Counted from the first letter of the stretch, positions 21,691-36,089 are shown. The stretch is 64,000 bases of DNA from Octopus sinensis (GCF_006345805.1 NC_042997.1:172670001-172734000); one strand, 5' to 3'. Notes: generated by a model not told the origin, from the letters alone. Numbers and translations: made by a program.

Positions 21691-24529
21691 TAGGAGTTTG
21701 AGTAAAACAGATTTAGCTTTCATTACCTCTAGTTTTACCATTGTTGATGAAATAAGTTATAATAAGACAAAGAGTGTGTCTCCTTTGGTAACCTTGATCG
21801 CTAGAAATAGCAACCAAATATCTTTTAAATCACATACTACCACAGATCTTTCTCATATAGTACTCCCTGTTGCATCAGTATGCCACAGATCTTTCAAAGT
21901 TTAATTTAAGATTTTAGATAATCTTCACAAATGCTTGAGCTTCTAGAAAAATATGTTATTAGATACATTATTAATAATTTTGTTATACATGAATATAATA
22001 AATAAAAAAATAACCAAGCAATAGTTTTTAATATTTTCCTGATTTTTAAACCTTAAAACAATTCTTACTTTTTTTTTTAACTTTCCATGCAAAGGGTGAC
22101 AGTAATTTTTATTTATTTGAGCACCAGAGAACCACAAATTTAAAATGATTAAGATCATTGTCTTTAAAAAAGTATGACATTGGTTAATGTAGTCTAGGGT
22201 AAACTATGCCTTGAAAAACAATTGTAGGATTGTCACAGTGACTATAATAGTTTTGATCACAGGTAGCTCAATTTAAGACTATGTGGGGAGTTAAACAACA
22301 ATAAGAGCAACAAATATATGGTGGCTTGACATTCTATAAACAACAACTAAATCACCTTCCAATCATAATTTGACATCTTATTAAAAAAACAAACAAGATT
22401 TAGATAATGTAGTCCTAAATAGTTTTAGAAGGACAGGATAATCATAGCAAGAATCCCTTAAATCACAGGTTTGATGGGTAGGGGGTTAAAGAAAAACAAC
22501 ATCAAATCATAATAGCATTGGTTTCAGATTTTGATGCAAGGACAGCAATTTTAACGGGAGGGTTTAATCAAAACCTTCAACTTCAATACTTGGCTAGTAC
22601 TTTATTTTATTGACCCTGAAGGAATGAATGGTAAAATTGTTGACTCCAATGCAATTTGATCTCAAGATGTAATGAGTCAGAAGAAGTACTGCTAACCATT
22701 TGTCTTATGTTCTAATGATTCTGCCAGTTGGTCACTTTACAAGTTCTTTGAATTTGATTGAAAATATTGAAGTCCTTCCTTGATAAAAGAATCAGTACAG
22801 GAAAAGGATGGGTCAGCAGAAATGGTACAATAGCATTTTGTTTCATTCCTTTACATCTCGAGTTCAAATCCCATTAAAACATTTTTAGTTGTCTTCAAGA
22901 AATCAATAGAATAATTACCAGTCAAATACCAGGGTTGGTTCATTGAATGTTTCCTCTCTTCAAAACTATGTCCTTGTTCTTACCTCAGAAGCTGATACTT
23001 AATTCTTGAGTATGGTAAGCATTGATGAGTAATAAGGAAACTCTCAATGCCATTTCCATTCTCATTTGAAACCCATTCATTTCCTTTATACTTCTTGTGC
23101 TCTCAAGAAAGGTATGATGACCAAAATTTAGATTCCCTTGCTCTCTTAACCTTTAGTACACTGCATTTGCTCTGGAATTGTTTTTCCTGCCACTGCCCTG
23201 TTACTACAGGGGAGAAAACTCATATGGTGACATGATACACCTACAGTGTACTAAAAATTAAACTTACAAGATTTGTGCTCAGTCAAAAGAAATATATATC
23301 TTTAATGCTTATATGAAATAAATTATTCTCGCACTGCCTTAAACTTATGATATTATCCTTTCCTTTTACATAAATACTAAATGAGTTTATAGCATTAACT
23401 ATGATATTCCTTAATATTATGAAATATGACAGGAATAAACAGCTCACAGATGATTTGTAATTCCCTTAATTATACATATGTAAATTTACATAAATGTCAT
23501 TTAACTCTATATTACTTCTATCTTGTCATAATTTTAAAATATGCTGTAGTAGCTGGTACATGATCATGTGACTTGTATCTGAACAGTGTGTTCACAGCAA
23601 GGGTGGGCAAAGACACGTGAAAAGTATTCATGAATCCTTTGAACCATCAGGTAGTTGTTGAAGCACTGCTGAAGACTTTGTCTTCAAGTAAAATGTCTTG
23701 ATGTAATCTCTTCTTCAGGTATAATTGAAATCCTTTTAGCTTGACAAAGTCCATTTCTCTCCGAGCTGAACTGAACTTCTTAGAGTTTGATGGAATCTCT
23801 CTCTCTCTCTTTCTCTCTCTCCCTCTCTAAACTGAACCAAAATCTATTCAGCTTGGTGGAAATCCTTTTCCTCCAAGCTAACCTAAAGTCCATTGAATTT
23901 GGTAGAGTTCATCACCCTCCAAGATGAACTGATCTTTATTGAATTTGGTGGGATCCATTTTCTCTAGGCTAAATTTAACTTCATTCAGCTATGTTCACAT
24001 AAAAACATTTAATATTGAACTACAAATTAGCATGACACATCAATTTTACAATGATCTCATGACTTTGAGAAGCTGAAATTGCCCAATTCTATGCTACCTC
24101 TTTCTAGTTAACTTCTAGCTGACTTCCTATTCAGTTTTAGTCCATGGCCAATTTCAAATATCTGATAGAAGCATTGTAATTCACATATATTACCAGGACA
24201 CTTAGGTAAAGCTTGAATATCACAATATCTTACTCAACTGTTCTCTTAAAAACGTAGGGGTTTTGTGTCAAATAAAATTCAATATTTATATTTGTTTATC
24301 TCATGCTGTGTGATCAAGAGGTATAGTATCTGGTGAATTGAATTCATGCTCTTTCAATTCCTGGCTGAATGCTTTTTCAATTCACTTTTGTTGCTAAAAT
24401 ATTTGAGGCAAGCATGACTGACACACAACTCTTCATTGTCCCCCATGTTTTGTTCTTAGTGAGAAATGAAACCGATGTTTACCTTAAGTTAGATTTATTC
24501 TTCAATTATCCTTGTACCTTGAAAACAAT

Positions 24530-24895
24530 AAACCCTGTTGATCTCAGGGCCATTGACTGGCTCCTGTGCTGGTGGCGTGTAAGAAGCACCATTCAAGCAT
24601 GGTCGTTACCAGCGTCGCCTTACTGGCTCCTGTGCAGGTGGCACATAAAAAACACCATTTGAGCATGGCCGTCACCAGTACCACCTGACTGGCCCTCATA
24701 CCGGTGGAACATAAAAGCACCCACTACACTCTCAGAGTAGTTGGCATTAGGAAGGGCATCCAGCTGAAGAAACTCTGCCAGATCAGATTGGAGCCTTGTG
24801 CAGCCATCTGGCTCACCAGTCCTCAGTCAAACCATCCAACCAATGCCAGCATGGAAAGCATACATTAAACAATGATGATGATGATGATGATGATG
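24530..24895 (+). mobile_element. SINE family B
   Basis: Diverged internal ~60-bp units, aggaagggcatccagc core, (GAT)n tail. Confidence 0.85.
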
Positions 24896-25964
24896 AGCAC
24901 AAATCCAGTAAATTTAAGAGAGCAAGGGATTATAAATTTTGGTCAATATACCTTTTTTGAGTGCATAATGAGTGTAAAAGAAATTAATGGGTTTCAAATG
25001 AGAATGGAAATGCATTGAGAGTTTACCTGTTGTTCTTTGATGCTTGACATACTCAAGAACCATAAAGAATTTAATCGTAACTCTCACAGACCTATGTAAT
25101 TTACTCCTGATATTATTGAACACAGCAATTAATTTTATATAATTTTTATTTTCTTCAAATGTTGTTAACAAAAATCTTAAGATGCATTTATACACACACA
25201 CACACACACACACAAATGCACACACACAAATGCACACACACAAATGCACAGTCATCAAAAAGAAAGACTTCGGAATGTTTCATCAAATTATTGATCTTTG
25301 CTATAAATGCACACCTATACATCCATATCTCTTCAAAAAGAGGATTATTCTCCATCTTTTATGCTTTGACCAGTTTTTCCTCATGTCGCTATCATCATCA
25401 TTAAACTTCATTCTTGAAATAACTTCAGAAATCTTAACGTTGAACAAAGAGAATTTTCAGCCTAAAATACTGGAACCAAACCTTTCTGTAAAATCACAAT
25501 TCCGTGCGTCAAAGAAAATAAGAACGAAAAAGCAGAAACAAAAACAGAGGCAAAAATTCACGCCAGAAACATGAAAATGGCATCTATATTTAGATTGGCT
25601 TCCATATTTAAAGGCTTCACTTAATTCTTCTGTTTATAGAAATTGTAAATTTTGCGAACGAAATAAATTCTTGAAGATTTCGATTAATGTTGAGATTTGT
25701 TCAAATCAAGTAGCAACTACTTGACAAGAGACAAAACTAGATTTCTGTTGAAGGCTTCTTTCTGTTAGCATATTGTTTAGCACTTCAGATCTTTACATGG
25801 TTTGTTTTAACCATCGTGTCTAAGGCCATGCTGGAACACTGCATAGTGTTATAACAGATGTGGGTTGGAATTGTGAATGGATAGGCAAACAGTACAGGTG
25901 TGGCTATATGGTTAAGAAGCTTGTTTCCAGGCTCCTCATTCCTTAAGAAATGTTTCATTAATCT

Positions 25965-26515
25965 TGCCCAGGATATTAATTGTCTGGAAACCGTTCAGTG
26001 ACGTGCAACCAAGAGAAACCCTCCATCAGGCATTTGCCATATTCTGAATGCCTTACTTCCCTGGGCATGGATACATTGAAACTCTGACGTCTGGCAGTTG
26101 ACTTGGCAGACATCCATAACATCATTAACCATCTTAAAAACAATAACTCTGAGCACCTTTTCAAACTCCACCTGTCTAACACCTGCGGACATATTTACAA
26201 AGTCAGAAAACAACACAGCTCCCATGACTTTCGGAAACATTTTTTCACGCTAAGAGTTGCTGAAGCATGGAACAAACTGCCGGCATCAGTTGTTAGTTGT
26301 CGGAGTACTACATCCTTCAAAACTTCCATGCTTCCTGAGATTCGCCAACACTACACCTGATTTTCTCTCCTCCATACACATGCAAGCATGTATCTGACTC
26401 ATACACTGTTCATTTCCCAGACATTTGTACATTACTGCGTATGCTTTATATGCACTTTTGACAAGTTGTGGTGCACCTGAGCACTGTATACAATAATTTC
26501 ATTATTATTATTATT
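25965..26515 (+). pseudogene. CR1 LINE 3' fragment with (ATT)n tail
   Basis: TCGHIYKVRKQHSSHDFRKHFFTLRVAEAWNKLPASVV...FKTS matches the CR1 ORF2 C-terminus. Confidence 0.9.
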
Positions 26516-26964
26516 TAATTTTTGCACCCTTACTACTATCACATTTCAAAATAAAGAATGTCAATTTCCCAATTAATTATTATTTTTTGTAATCGAATCA
26601 CATATAATACTGTGGCACAATATAGTTATTGATGTGTGGAATAGATTAAAGCTATTTTTAGGGTAAGTTAATAATTTTAATTTGAAAAGCAATCTTAATA
26701 AAGAATTATCTTTTTCTCTTTGTCACACTCACTGAAACACCATCATGCACGCACTGAGGCTGAGGGCACCTCAGCTTGGGAACACTTGGTGTTGGACAAC
26801 ATTATGCAATTTGCTGTTTCCATATTCATGTCAGCATGATCTGATTTGCAGAAGATTAGGTTGTTATTTCTTGCAGGCTGTGTGACCACATAGATACTAT
26901 CTTTCTGTGTTCATATGCCAGCTGTTGTAGTTGTGGTTTAACCCGCAGGCCACCCTGTAATATT

Positions 26965-27121
26965 GGCATAGCCATGTGGTAAGAAGTTTGCTTCTCAACC
27001 ATATGGTTCCATGTTCAGTCCCACTGTATGGTACCTAGGCAAGTATCTACTGCTAAAGCCTGGGGCCAACCAAAGCCATGTGCGTGGATTTGGTTGATAG
27101 AACTAAAGGCAGCCTGATGCT

Positions 27122-27157
<36 letters not shown>

Positions 27158-27385
27158 TGTCTTTGTGTATGTGTTTGTTCCCCCACCACCATCATTGCTT
27201 GACAACTGGTGTTGGTTTGTTTACACACCTTTAACTGAGTGGTTTGGTAAAAGAGAACAATAGAATAAGTATATCAGGCTTTAAAAATAAGTACTGGGGT
27301 CAATTTGTTAAACTAAATCCTCCAAGGCAGTGCTCCAGCATGGTCACAATCCAATCACTGAAACTAGTAAAAAATAAAAGATAAA
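26965..27385 (+). mobile_element. SINE family A (diverged)
   Basis: Head, microsatellite and tail all present. Confidence 0.8.
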
Positions 27386-27664
27386 ATTTATTGAACATCC
27401 TTGATCCTTGACCTCTGGAACAAAATCAAAGCGGCTTGTACAAATAAAAACATGATTCTACATAAGAAACTGCTAAGGTTAATTAAAATGACTTAACGAC
27501 CATTTTATAGTATATTCCATTAACATAAAACATTATATTTAAGAATTTTGGTAGACATTCAGGGATTCCAGTATTGCGTACATTTAGTGCATAAACAATT
27601 GTTTAGGCGTCCACAAGGAAGCCTATAATTACTGGTTTTAAATTTTGGCACACAGCCAGCAATT

Positions 27665-28060
27665 TCAGGGAGTGGGGCAAGTTCATCATCATCGTTTAAT
27701 GTTCGTTTTCCATGCTAGCATGGGTTGGACGGGTCAACTGGGGTCTGGGAAGCCAAAAGGCTGTGCCAGGCCCAGTCTGATCTGGCAGTGTTTCTACAGC
27801 TGGATGCCCTTCCTAACACCAACCACTCTGAGAGTGTAGTGGCAAACGAGGCTGGCAAACGGCCATGATCGGATGGTGCTTTTTATGTGCCACCGGCACG
27901 GGGGCCAGACGAGGCTGGCAACGGCCACAATCGGATCGGGCTTTTTATGTGCCACCGGCACGGAGGCCAGTCGGGGCGGAGCTGGCAACGGCCACATTTG
28001 GATGGTTCTCTTACGTGCTACCGGCACTGGTATCTCAGCTACAATTTCCATTGATGTTGA
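27665..28060 (-). mobile_element. SINE family B
   Basis: Reverse complement of the family B core and (GAT)n tail. Confidence 0.85.
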
Positions 28061-28679
28061 ACGATTTTAATTTCGATTTCGATTACATTAACCCCAATAT
28101 TCAACTGGTACTTACTTTATTGACCATAAAAGGGATAAAAGGCAAAATTGACCTTGATTGAATTCTAACTCTAAACATAAAGACAGACAAAATGCTGCTA
28201 AGCATTTTGTCAAGCACAATAATGATTCTGCCAGCTTGTTTTTCTAGAAGCCTGTAATTATTAAGATTAATTAAAATGACTTAATGACCGTTTTATAGCT
28301 GTTTCATAAGCATTAGAATTTTTATAGATATTTGGGGATTCCAGTATTGTTTATACATGGCGTATAAACAATACTTTAGGAGCCCAAGAAGAAGCATGTG
28401 ATTACTAAGATTAATTAAAGTGACTTAATAGCTATTTTATTATATGTTATATAAACATAAAAAGGGTCAACATGCAGTTTAGAGGTTTTAAATAAAACGA
28501 AAGTAAATTGACTGGAAGTGATGCCAATATCATCTCATAATTCCATAAAAAAGAACGCGAGAACATAAAGAAAATTATTGAAATCCCTTAATTTTATTTA
28601 CAGAATTCCTTCATTATGCAGCTTCTACAAGCACCAACTAATACAGTGTCTTTAATAATGTTTTAAGTATTTCAAGGCA

Positions 28680-29480
28680 GTGAGCATGCCAGGTGAAATG
28701 CATAGTGGTATTTTGTCTACCTTTGCGTTCTGAGTTCAAATTCCGCTGAGGTCAGCTTTGCCTTTCATCCTTTTGGGGTCGATAAATTAAGCACCAGTTA
28801 TGCACTGGGGTCAATGTAATCGACTTAATACCTTTGCCTGTCCTTGTTTGTTCCCTCTGTGTGTAGCCCCTTGTGGGCAGTAAAGAAATAAGAAATGTTA
28901 GCACACCAGGCGAAATACTTAGTGGTATTTTGTCTGCTGCTACATTCTGAGTTCAAATTCCGCTGAGGTCAGCTTTGCCTTTCATCCTTTTGAGGTTGAT
29001 AAATTAAGCACCAGATATGGACTGGGGTCGATGTAATCGACTTAATCCCTTTGTCTGTCCTTGTTTGTCCCCTCTATGCTTAGCCCCTTGTGGGCAATAA
29101 GGAAATAAGAAATGTTAGCACACCAGGCGAAATACTTAGTGGTATTTTGTCTGCTGCTACATTCTGAGTTCAAATTCCGCTGAGGTCAACTTTGCCTTTC
29201 ATCCTTTCAGGGTCGATAAATTAAGTACCAGTTATGCACTGGGGTCGATGTAATCGACTTAATCCCTTTGCCTGTCCTTGTTTGTCCCCTCTATGTTTAG
29301 CCCCTCGTGGGCAGTAAAGAAATAGGTATTTCGTCTACCTTTGCGTTCTGAGTTCAGATTCTGCCGAGGTCAGCTTTGCCTTTCATCCTTTCGGGGTCGA
29401 TAAATTAAGTACCAGTTGTGTACTGGAGGCGATCTAATCAATCTGCCCCTTTCCCAAAATTTTCTGGCCTTGTGCCAAGA
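28680..29480 (+). repeat. Tandem array of four SINE C units (~218-bp period)
   Basis: aagaaatgttagcacacc recurs at ~28890 and ~29108; four gagttca(a/g)att B boxes. Confidence 0.9.
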
Positions 29481-30134
29481 GGAGAAAAGAATATTCTAAG
29501 TATTTCAGAAAAAGCTGCCTAGGTACACTATTCCAATGTAATACACTCAGCAATACACACCACAGTGAAAGCAATACATTGGCTTGCATGTCAATGCATG
29601 GAAGTCAATACAGTTACATATAAACAATGCTATAACCCTGCATGACAAATGAGCTGCACAGAGGGAACCAACAGGAAGCAGTGTTGCTGTTCCGGTTGAT
29701 TCTCATTCTATACATTGGTTATGCTGCACAGATTATTTACAAGAAATTATAAGATTTCATTGTTGTAACCTCTGGTCATTTTACTGTCATAATCATCATC
29801 ATCATTTAATGTCTGTTTAGCATGCTGGCATGGGTTGGATGGTTTGACAGAAGTTGACCAGCTGGAGAGCTGCCTGGGTTCTATTTGTCTTTCAGCATGG
29901 TTATGATGCCCTTCCTAATGTAAATCACTTTACAGTAGTGTGGTAGGTGCTTTTATGTGGCACTGACATGAGCACTTTTACATGGCACTGACACAGACAC
30001 TTTTACATCGCACTAGCACAGGTACTTTCATGTGGTACCAACACAAGTGCTTGATGGCACTAGCATGGGTGCCTTCACATGGCACCATTATGGATGACCA
30101 TTAAACTGCATGTTAACCTATAAAAGATAATGCT

Positions 30135-30375
30135 CTTTTACTTTTTTACTTGTTTCAGTCATTTGACTGTGGGCATGCTAGAGCACCGCATTTAGTCGAG
30201 CACATCAACCCCAGGACTTATTCTTTGTAAGCCTAGTACTTATTCTATTGGTCTCTTTTGCTGAACCGCTAAGTTATGGGGATGTAAACACACCAGCATT
30301 GGTTGTCAAGCGATGTTGAGGGGACAAACACAGACACACAAACATATACACATACACACATATACATACATATAC
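30135..30375 (-). mobile_element. SINE family A 3' half
   Basis: Reverse complement of the family A tail. Confidence 0.85.
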
Positions 30376-30379
30376 AATT

Positions 30380-31239
30380 GACAAACTTGTTTATATGACT
30401 GGTGTGTCCTGGAACTCTTACCAATGAATTTTGAGTGAGGAATTGCAAATGAAAAGAGTTGCAGCAAAGTTTGTACTTCGCTTGTTCACAGGAGATCAAA
30501 AGCAGTCACATCTCAGTGTATGCCGGGAACAGGAAGAACAGTCAGAAGTTGATCTGGACATTTTTATGAAGGTCATCACTGGTGATGAAAATTGCTGCCA
30601 TGGTTACAACCCAGAAATGAAGCAACAATCAAGTCAATGGAAACATTTAATGTCACCACGACCCCAAAAAGAACGTCAAGTGAAGTCTAATGCCAAGACA
30701 ATACTGGTTTGTTTCATCAATGTGAAAGGAATTGTCCGCATAGAATTTCTTCCTCTTGGTCAAACTGTTAAACAGACATTTTACTTGGCAGTTCTGAAAT
30801 GTTTGTGAGACGTGGTGAGACGAAAATGCTCCAATCTGTAGCAAAGTGGAGAGTGGCGGTTTCATCATGACAATGCACCTGTGCACACCGCCTTGAGTGT
30901 GAGACAGTTTTTGGCAAAAATGGTATGAATCCACTTACCCACCCTCCCTATTCATCCAGTTTTGCTCCCTGCAACTTTTTTTGTTCCTCACAATGAAAAA
31001 AGAGAACTTAAAGAAAAGCGTTTTAACGATGTGGAAGAGGTGAAGGAAAAAAAGACAGACGTGTTAGAAGATGTCACTTCACAAGAGTCCCAGAACCGTT
31101 TTGAATGGTAGGAAATGTGTCTGGACTGATGCATTTCTTCAAATAGAGAATACTTTGGAAGTAATAAAAGTGTAAACATGTAAAGCTATGTGAATAAAAT
31201 GATATTGCAAAATTCCGGTTTCTTTTCAGTACCCCCTTG
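30380..31239 (+). mobile_element. Decayed mariner, 5'-truncated
   Basis: KRVAAKFVLRL...VITGDE...KQQSSQWK...HHDNAP; right TIR ttcttttcagtacccccttg-TA. Confidence 0.9.
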
Positions 31240-32239
31240 TATGTGTACATATAGATGCATACATGCATATATTTATATGCACATATGCACATACATGCAC
31301 GTTCATATATGCATGCATGCAGACACACACACAATTACAAATATATATTATTATTTACAAATCATATTTAGCTAGACACCATTTGTTAGATTTGTAATCA
31401 AAGTTCAAAAAAGTGTTACAAAAAGAGAGAGAGGGATGGGAGAGTGTGTGTGTGTGTGTATGTGTGTGTGTGTGTGTGTGTGTATGTGTGTGAGTGCATA
31501 TGTGAGTGTATACATAATAGGAATAATGTAGGTATAACACTACTAAGATTGCTCCTTTGAAAACAATAAAATTTCAATCAGCTGATTTTGTTGGAGTTAA
31601 CTCCCTTGCTTGTTTTTCTTTTCTAAGACACTTAAAGACTCCTTGAGGGAAATTTCATCTACTAACTGCATGAATAACCTCAGTTAATTGAAGTTTTTTT
31701 TTACTCATTATAGTACATATGTTAGACCCTTCAGTATATATGTTTAGTGTGCAGAACACGCCCCTGGGGTACACAACATTGCTTGCTCTTCCATGTCTTT
31801 CTTCTATCTGATTGGCTAAAAAAAAATGAAATAAGGACCCAAAATAAAAAATTGCTTGAAACTGGAATTTGATTAGCTAATCAACCATTGCACTAGAATT
31901 GTTGATCACTCACTCACACATACATTCTCTCTTTCTCTCTCTTCTCTCTCACTCATGCAGAAATGTATCCTTTCTCTCTCTGTCCTTCTCTGTAAATTCT
32001 TTTCCTATTTGTTCTGTTTGTCAGTTAATCCATCATTAACAGCATGCTACCACTTTCTCATTTGTCTATTCTGCAGGGGTTTGGTTAGTTGGTTGGTCTG
32101 TTGGAGAGGATTTTTGTTTTTTGACCTTATTTTTTTTTTCTTACCCTTCCTCTTTACTTGATTTATCTATAAATAGAACATTAGGTGCTTACAAGATAGA
32201 TAATGTGAACTACAAAAGTCCTTATACCTATTGATCCAG

Positions 32240-32330
32240 TGCTCTCCAATACAGCCAGCCAGCCAACCAGCCAACCAGCCAGCCAGCCAGCCAGCCAACC
32301 TGCCAGCCAGCCAGCCAACCAGCCAGTTAG
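32240..32330. repeat. (CCAG/CCAA)n microsatellite
   Basis: Directly visible. Confidence 0.9.
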
Positions 32331-32484
32331 ACTCCAGCCCACTTCACTGGAATGTGATTCTTTTCAGTTCCACTTTGTCACTGTATTTGAAACTTTCTGA
32401 ATCATTTTGAGGTGAGTTGCAAAAAAGTTGATACAGTTAAATAATAGGATGAAATGTATATATATATATATACACATATAAAGT

Positions 32485-32895
32485 TACAGGAGCGGCTGTG
32501 CGATAAGTAGCTTGCTTACCTACCACATAGTTCCGGGTTCAGTCCCACTGCATGGCACCTTGGGCAAGTGTCTTCTACTATAGCCTCGGGCCAACCAAAG
32601 CCTTGTGAGTGGATTCGGTAGTCGGAAGCTGAAAGAAATCCGTCGTATATATGTATATGTATAGAAATGTGTGTGTGTATATGTTTGTGTGTCTGTGTTT
32701 GTCCCCCCAACATCGCTTGACAACTGATGCTGGTGTGTTTACGTCCCCGTAACTTTGCAGTTCAGCAAAAGAGACTGATAGAATAAGTACTAGGCTTACA
32801 AAGAATAAGTTCTGGGGTCGATTTGCTTGACTAAAGGCGGTGCTCCAGCATGGCCGCAGTCAAATGACTGAAACAAGTAAAAGAGTAAAGAGTGG
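32485..32895 (+). mobile_element. SINE family A, full length
   Basis: Complete head, body and tail. Confidence 0.9.
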
Positions 32896-33285
32896 ATGGA
32901 TGGAAGCACTCCGTCGGTAATGACGATGAGGGTTCCGGTTGATCCGAATCAACGGAACAGCCTGCTCGTGAAATTAACGTGTAAGTGGCTGAGCACTCCA
33001 CAGACACGTGCACCCTTAATGTAGTTCTCGGGGATATTCAGCATGACACAGAGAGTGACAAGGCTGGCCCCTTGAAATACAGGTACAACAGAAACAGGAA
33101 GTAAGAGTGAGAGAAAGTTGTGGTGAAAGAGTACAGCAGGGATCACCACCATCCCCTACTGGAGCCTCGTGGAGCTTTTAGGTGTTTTCGCTCAATAAAC
33201 ACTCACAACGCCCGGTCTGGGAATCAAAACCGTGATCCTATGACCATGAGTCCACTGCCCTAACCACTGGGCCATTGCACCTCCA
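32896..33285 (-). mobile_element. SINE family D inserted in the tail of SINE A
   Basis: Reverse complement of 9262-9638; aaagagt repeats on both sides. Confidence 0.85.
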
Positions 33286-33389
33286 CTAAAAGAGTAAAGA
33301 GTATAGGATTTTCTTCCCATAGTTTTAGTTGCTTTAGTTATCTTATTTATTTATTTATAGTAAAAGAATAAAAGAATAAAGGAATATAT

Positions 33390-33792
33390 AAGATGATTCC
33401 AGAAGTTTTGAGACTTTTTTCAGAAGAGACATTTCTTGATTTCAAAAAAATTTCAAAATTCTAATCTCCTTCAGAGTAGGACTCTCTGACTTTAATGCAC
33501 TTGTTGTAGTGCTTCGGCGACTTTGTGAAAATCTCAAAGAAGCCCTACAAAGTGAAGGTGTCTTAGACCCTAGTCACAGCTTCTTTTATCTTCCCCTTGT
33601 GGCCTAGTGCTTAGGATGCTGCACTCATGATTGTCAGATAGTGGGGTTCAATTCCTGGACCAGGTGGTGCTCTAGTGTTGTGTGTCAAAGAGTAGACTCA
33701 GCAGTTTCTCTGCATGTTGTAAGAGGCAAATGAAAATGGTTGAGGTAGGATTTGCATTTCGATATATCTGTACAGAAGGTATTGAGTTAACA

Positions 33793-33836
<44 letters not shown>

Positions 33837-33849
33837 CACTACCACTACC

Positions 33850-33907
<58 letters not shown>

Positions 33908-34330
33908 TTACTACTACCACCACCCACCACCACTTCATAATTAAACTCCGCCTTGAATTTTGACAAAAATACAGCTGATTCTTACTAACTTGGAATATTT
34001 TGCTTGGGAAACAATGAAAAGTCACAGAGAGCATGGTCTGAACTGTGGGGAGTTTGAGGGACAGTTTTGATGCCCATCTTTGTTAAGTAGTTGGTTACCA
34101 GGATGGAATTGTGGACTGATGCATTGGCCTGGTGCAGGAGCTCTGATGTTTTGCAACGAAATATCTTTATGAATTCCCTCCAAACCTCCTCAGGGTACTC
34201 TTTGTCAACGATCTAGCCAGAAAGAACCCAATGGGTGTAGATAATGCTCTTTTTACTGTAAAAGGGATCGTCATGAGCTTTCCCATGGACTTGCTTTGCC
34301 TGGCTTCTTGTGCCAGCAAAAAAAAAAAAA
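33390..34330 (-). pseudogene. Decayed mariner interrupted by SINE G
   Basis: HQANASVHNSILVTNYLTKMGIKTVPQTPHSSDHALCDFSLFP is a decayed DNAP..PPYSPDLAPCDF region. Confidence 0.75.
33595..34005 (+). mobile_element. tRNA-headed SINE family G with internal (TAC/CAC)n
   Basis: Shares head and post-microsatellite tail with 37988-38440. Confidence 0.7.
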
Positions 34331-34823
34331 CAGATACTCAGCACATACAAGTTAATTCATAAGCAATCTGGAGCAGTTCATAAGTTTCTGTAGCATTTTT
34401 AAGCCAGTTTAACAGAAAACTTCATTGCATATCAAACTTCCAAATTGTCTTCATGTCCTGACTGCTATCTGCAGATTAGTGAGCTGTGACATGCAATGGT
34501 TAGTGATGTGTGTTCAAAGTGCTTTTACAGCTGTCTCCATCAATCTGGAATTACAGAAGTAGGCAGATCAGCTTACTAAAAATATAGTAAGGATATGCTA
34601 AAACCACAATAATCTAGAACAGTTAATACTTCCACTCCTAAAACAATCTTAAAGCTTCTAGAATGCACCTCATATATATCTATATTGGGTTCAGTCTCAG
34701 TGTGTAGCACCTTGGGTAATTGCCTTCTACTATAGCCTCAGACAGTCAAAGCCTTGAGAGTGGATTTGGTTGATGGAAACTGAAAGAAACCTGTCATTCA
34801 TTCATTCACACATACATACTTAA

Positions 34824-35042
34824 CCCTTTAGTATTTAAACCGGCCATATCCGGCCAAAATAGTTAATCTGTTTTATGTTCAAACTGACCAGATCCAGGCT
34901 CTCACAGCTACCCTACAATGTTATTCTACATTAAGTAATTACACCATCAAGATCTTGAAGATATGAGATAATGCATGATTAATTCAAATCAATGGGAATC
35001 AATAGGCATTATGTTTGATAGAATAATCTGAATGCTAAAGGG
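34824..35042. mobile_element. piggyBac-type MITE
   Basis: TTAA-CCCTTTAG...CTAAAGGG-TTAA. Confidence 0.85.
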
Positions 35043-35139
35043 TTAAATACATAGTTTCATACACATACATACAGTCCTATATACACACACACATACATAC
35101 TTATATACACACACATATACATACACATACATGTATATG

Positions 35140-35557
35140 TGTGTGTATGTATGTATTGGCCAACAGGAAGAGTGTTGTTTTCCAACATGATAATGCAAGA
35201 CCGCAAGTTTCTTTGGGAGCCAGACAAAAATTGCTGCAGCTCGGCTGGGATGTGTTACCCCACCCTCCATATTCACCAGATATTGCTCCTTCGGACTTCC
35301 ACTTATTCAGGTCTCTGCAGAATAGTCTTAATGGTAAAAATTTCAATTCCTTGGATGACGTAAAAAGATACCTTGATGAATTATTTGCTATGAAACCACC
35401 TCAATTCTGGGAAGAGGGTATTTTCAAGTTAAAGGAAAGATGGAGACGCATTGTACAACAAAATGGTTCGTATTTGGTTGATTAAAATGTAATGGCAAGT
35501 ATTTATTTACCTTTTTCTTTCCTTTAAAAATCGGCACGAACTTTTGGGACAACCCAA
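35140..35557 (+). mobile_element. mariner DD34D 3' fragment (uninterrupted ~110 aa) with TIR
   Basis: QHDNARP...YSPDIAPSD with 34 residues between D2 and D3; TIR cacgaacttttgggacaacccaa-TA. Confidence 0.95.
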
Positions 35558-36089
35558 TAATTGTATGACAGCTACATCAAGTTTAGTTTTTTGTTACACT
35601 CTAACCTTTCATCATCTGGCACAAGCTCATCTCATCCAATGCCTCCTCTCCTCGCTAAGGATCTTTGTCTTACAAGCTACTTGGTGACGCTACCCATGCT
35701 GATGACATGTAAAAAGCATCCAGTCAACACTGCAAACTGGTTGGCATTTGGAAGGGCATCCAGCTGTAAAAATCATGCCCAAACTGACCTTACATGTGCT
35801 AGTGGCACATTAAAGACTCTCAGTTTATTCTGTAGGGTGGTTGGATTTAGGAAGGGTATCCAGCTGTAAAAGCCATGCCAAAGCTGACAGCAAAGCCTGG
35901 TGCGGTCTTCTGCTTAGCCAGCTCCTGTCAAACCATTCAACCCATGCCAGAATGGAAGGTAGATATTAAACAATGATGATGATGATGACGATGATGAAGT
36001 AATTTAAACGTTTTTAGCATTGAGATTACTCTGTCAAATGTAATGCGTATTTATCCACATTCTTTTGAATTTATCATCATCATCGTTTA

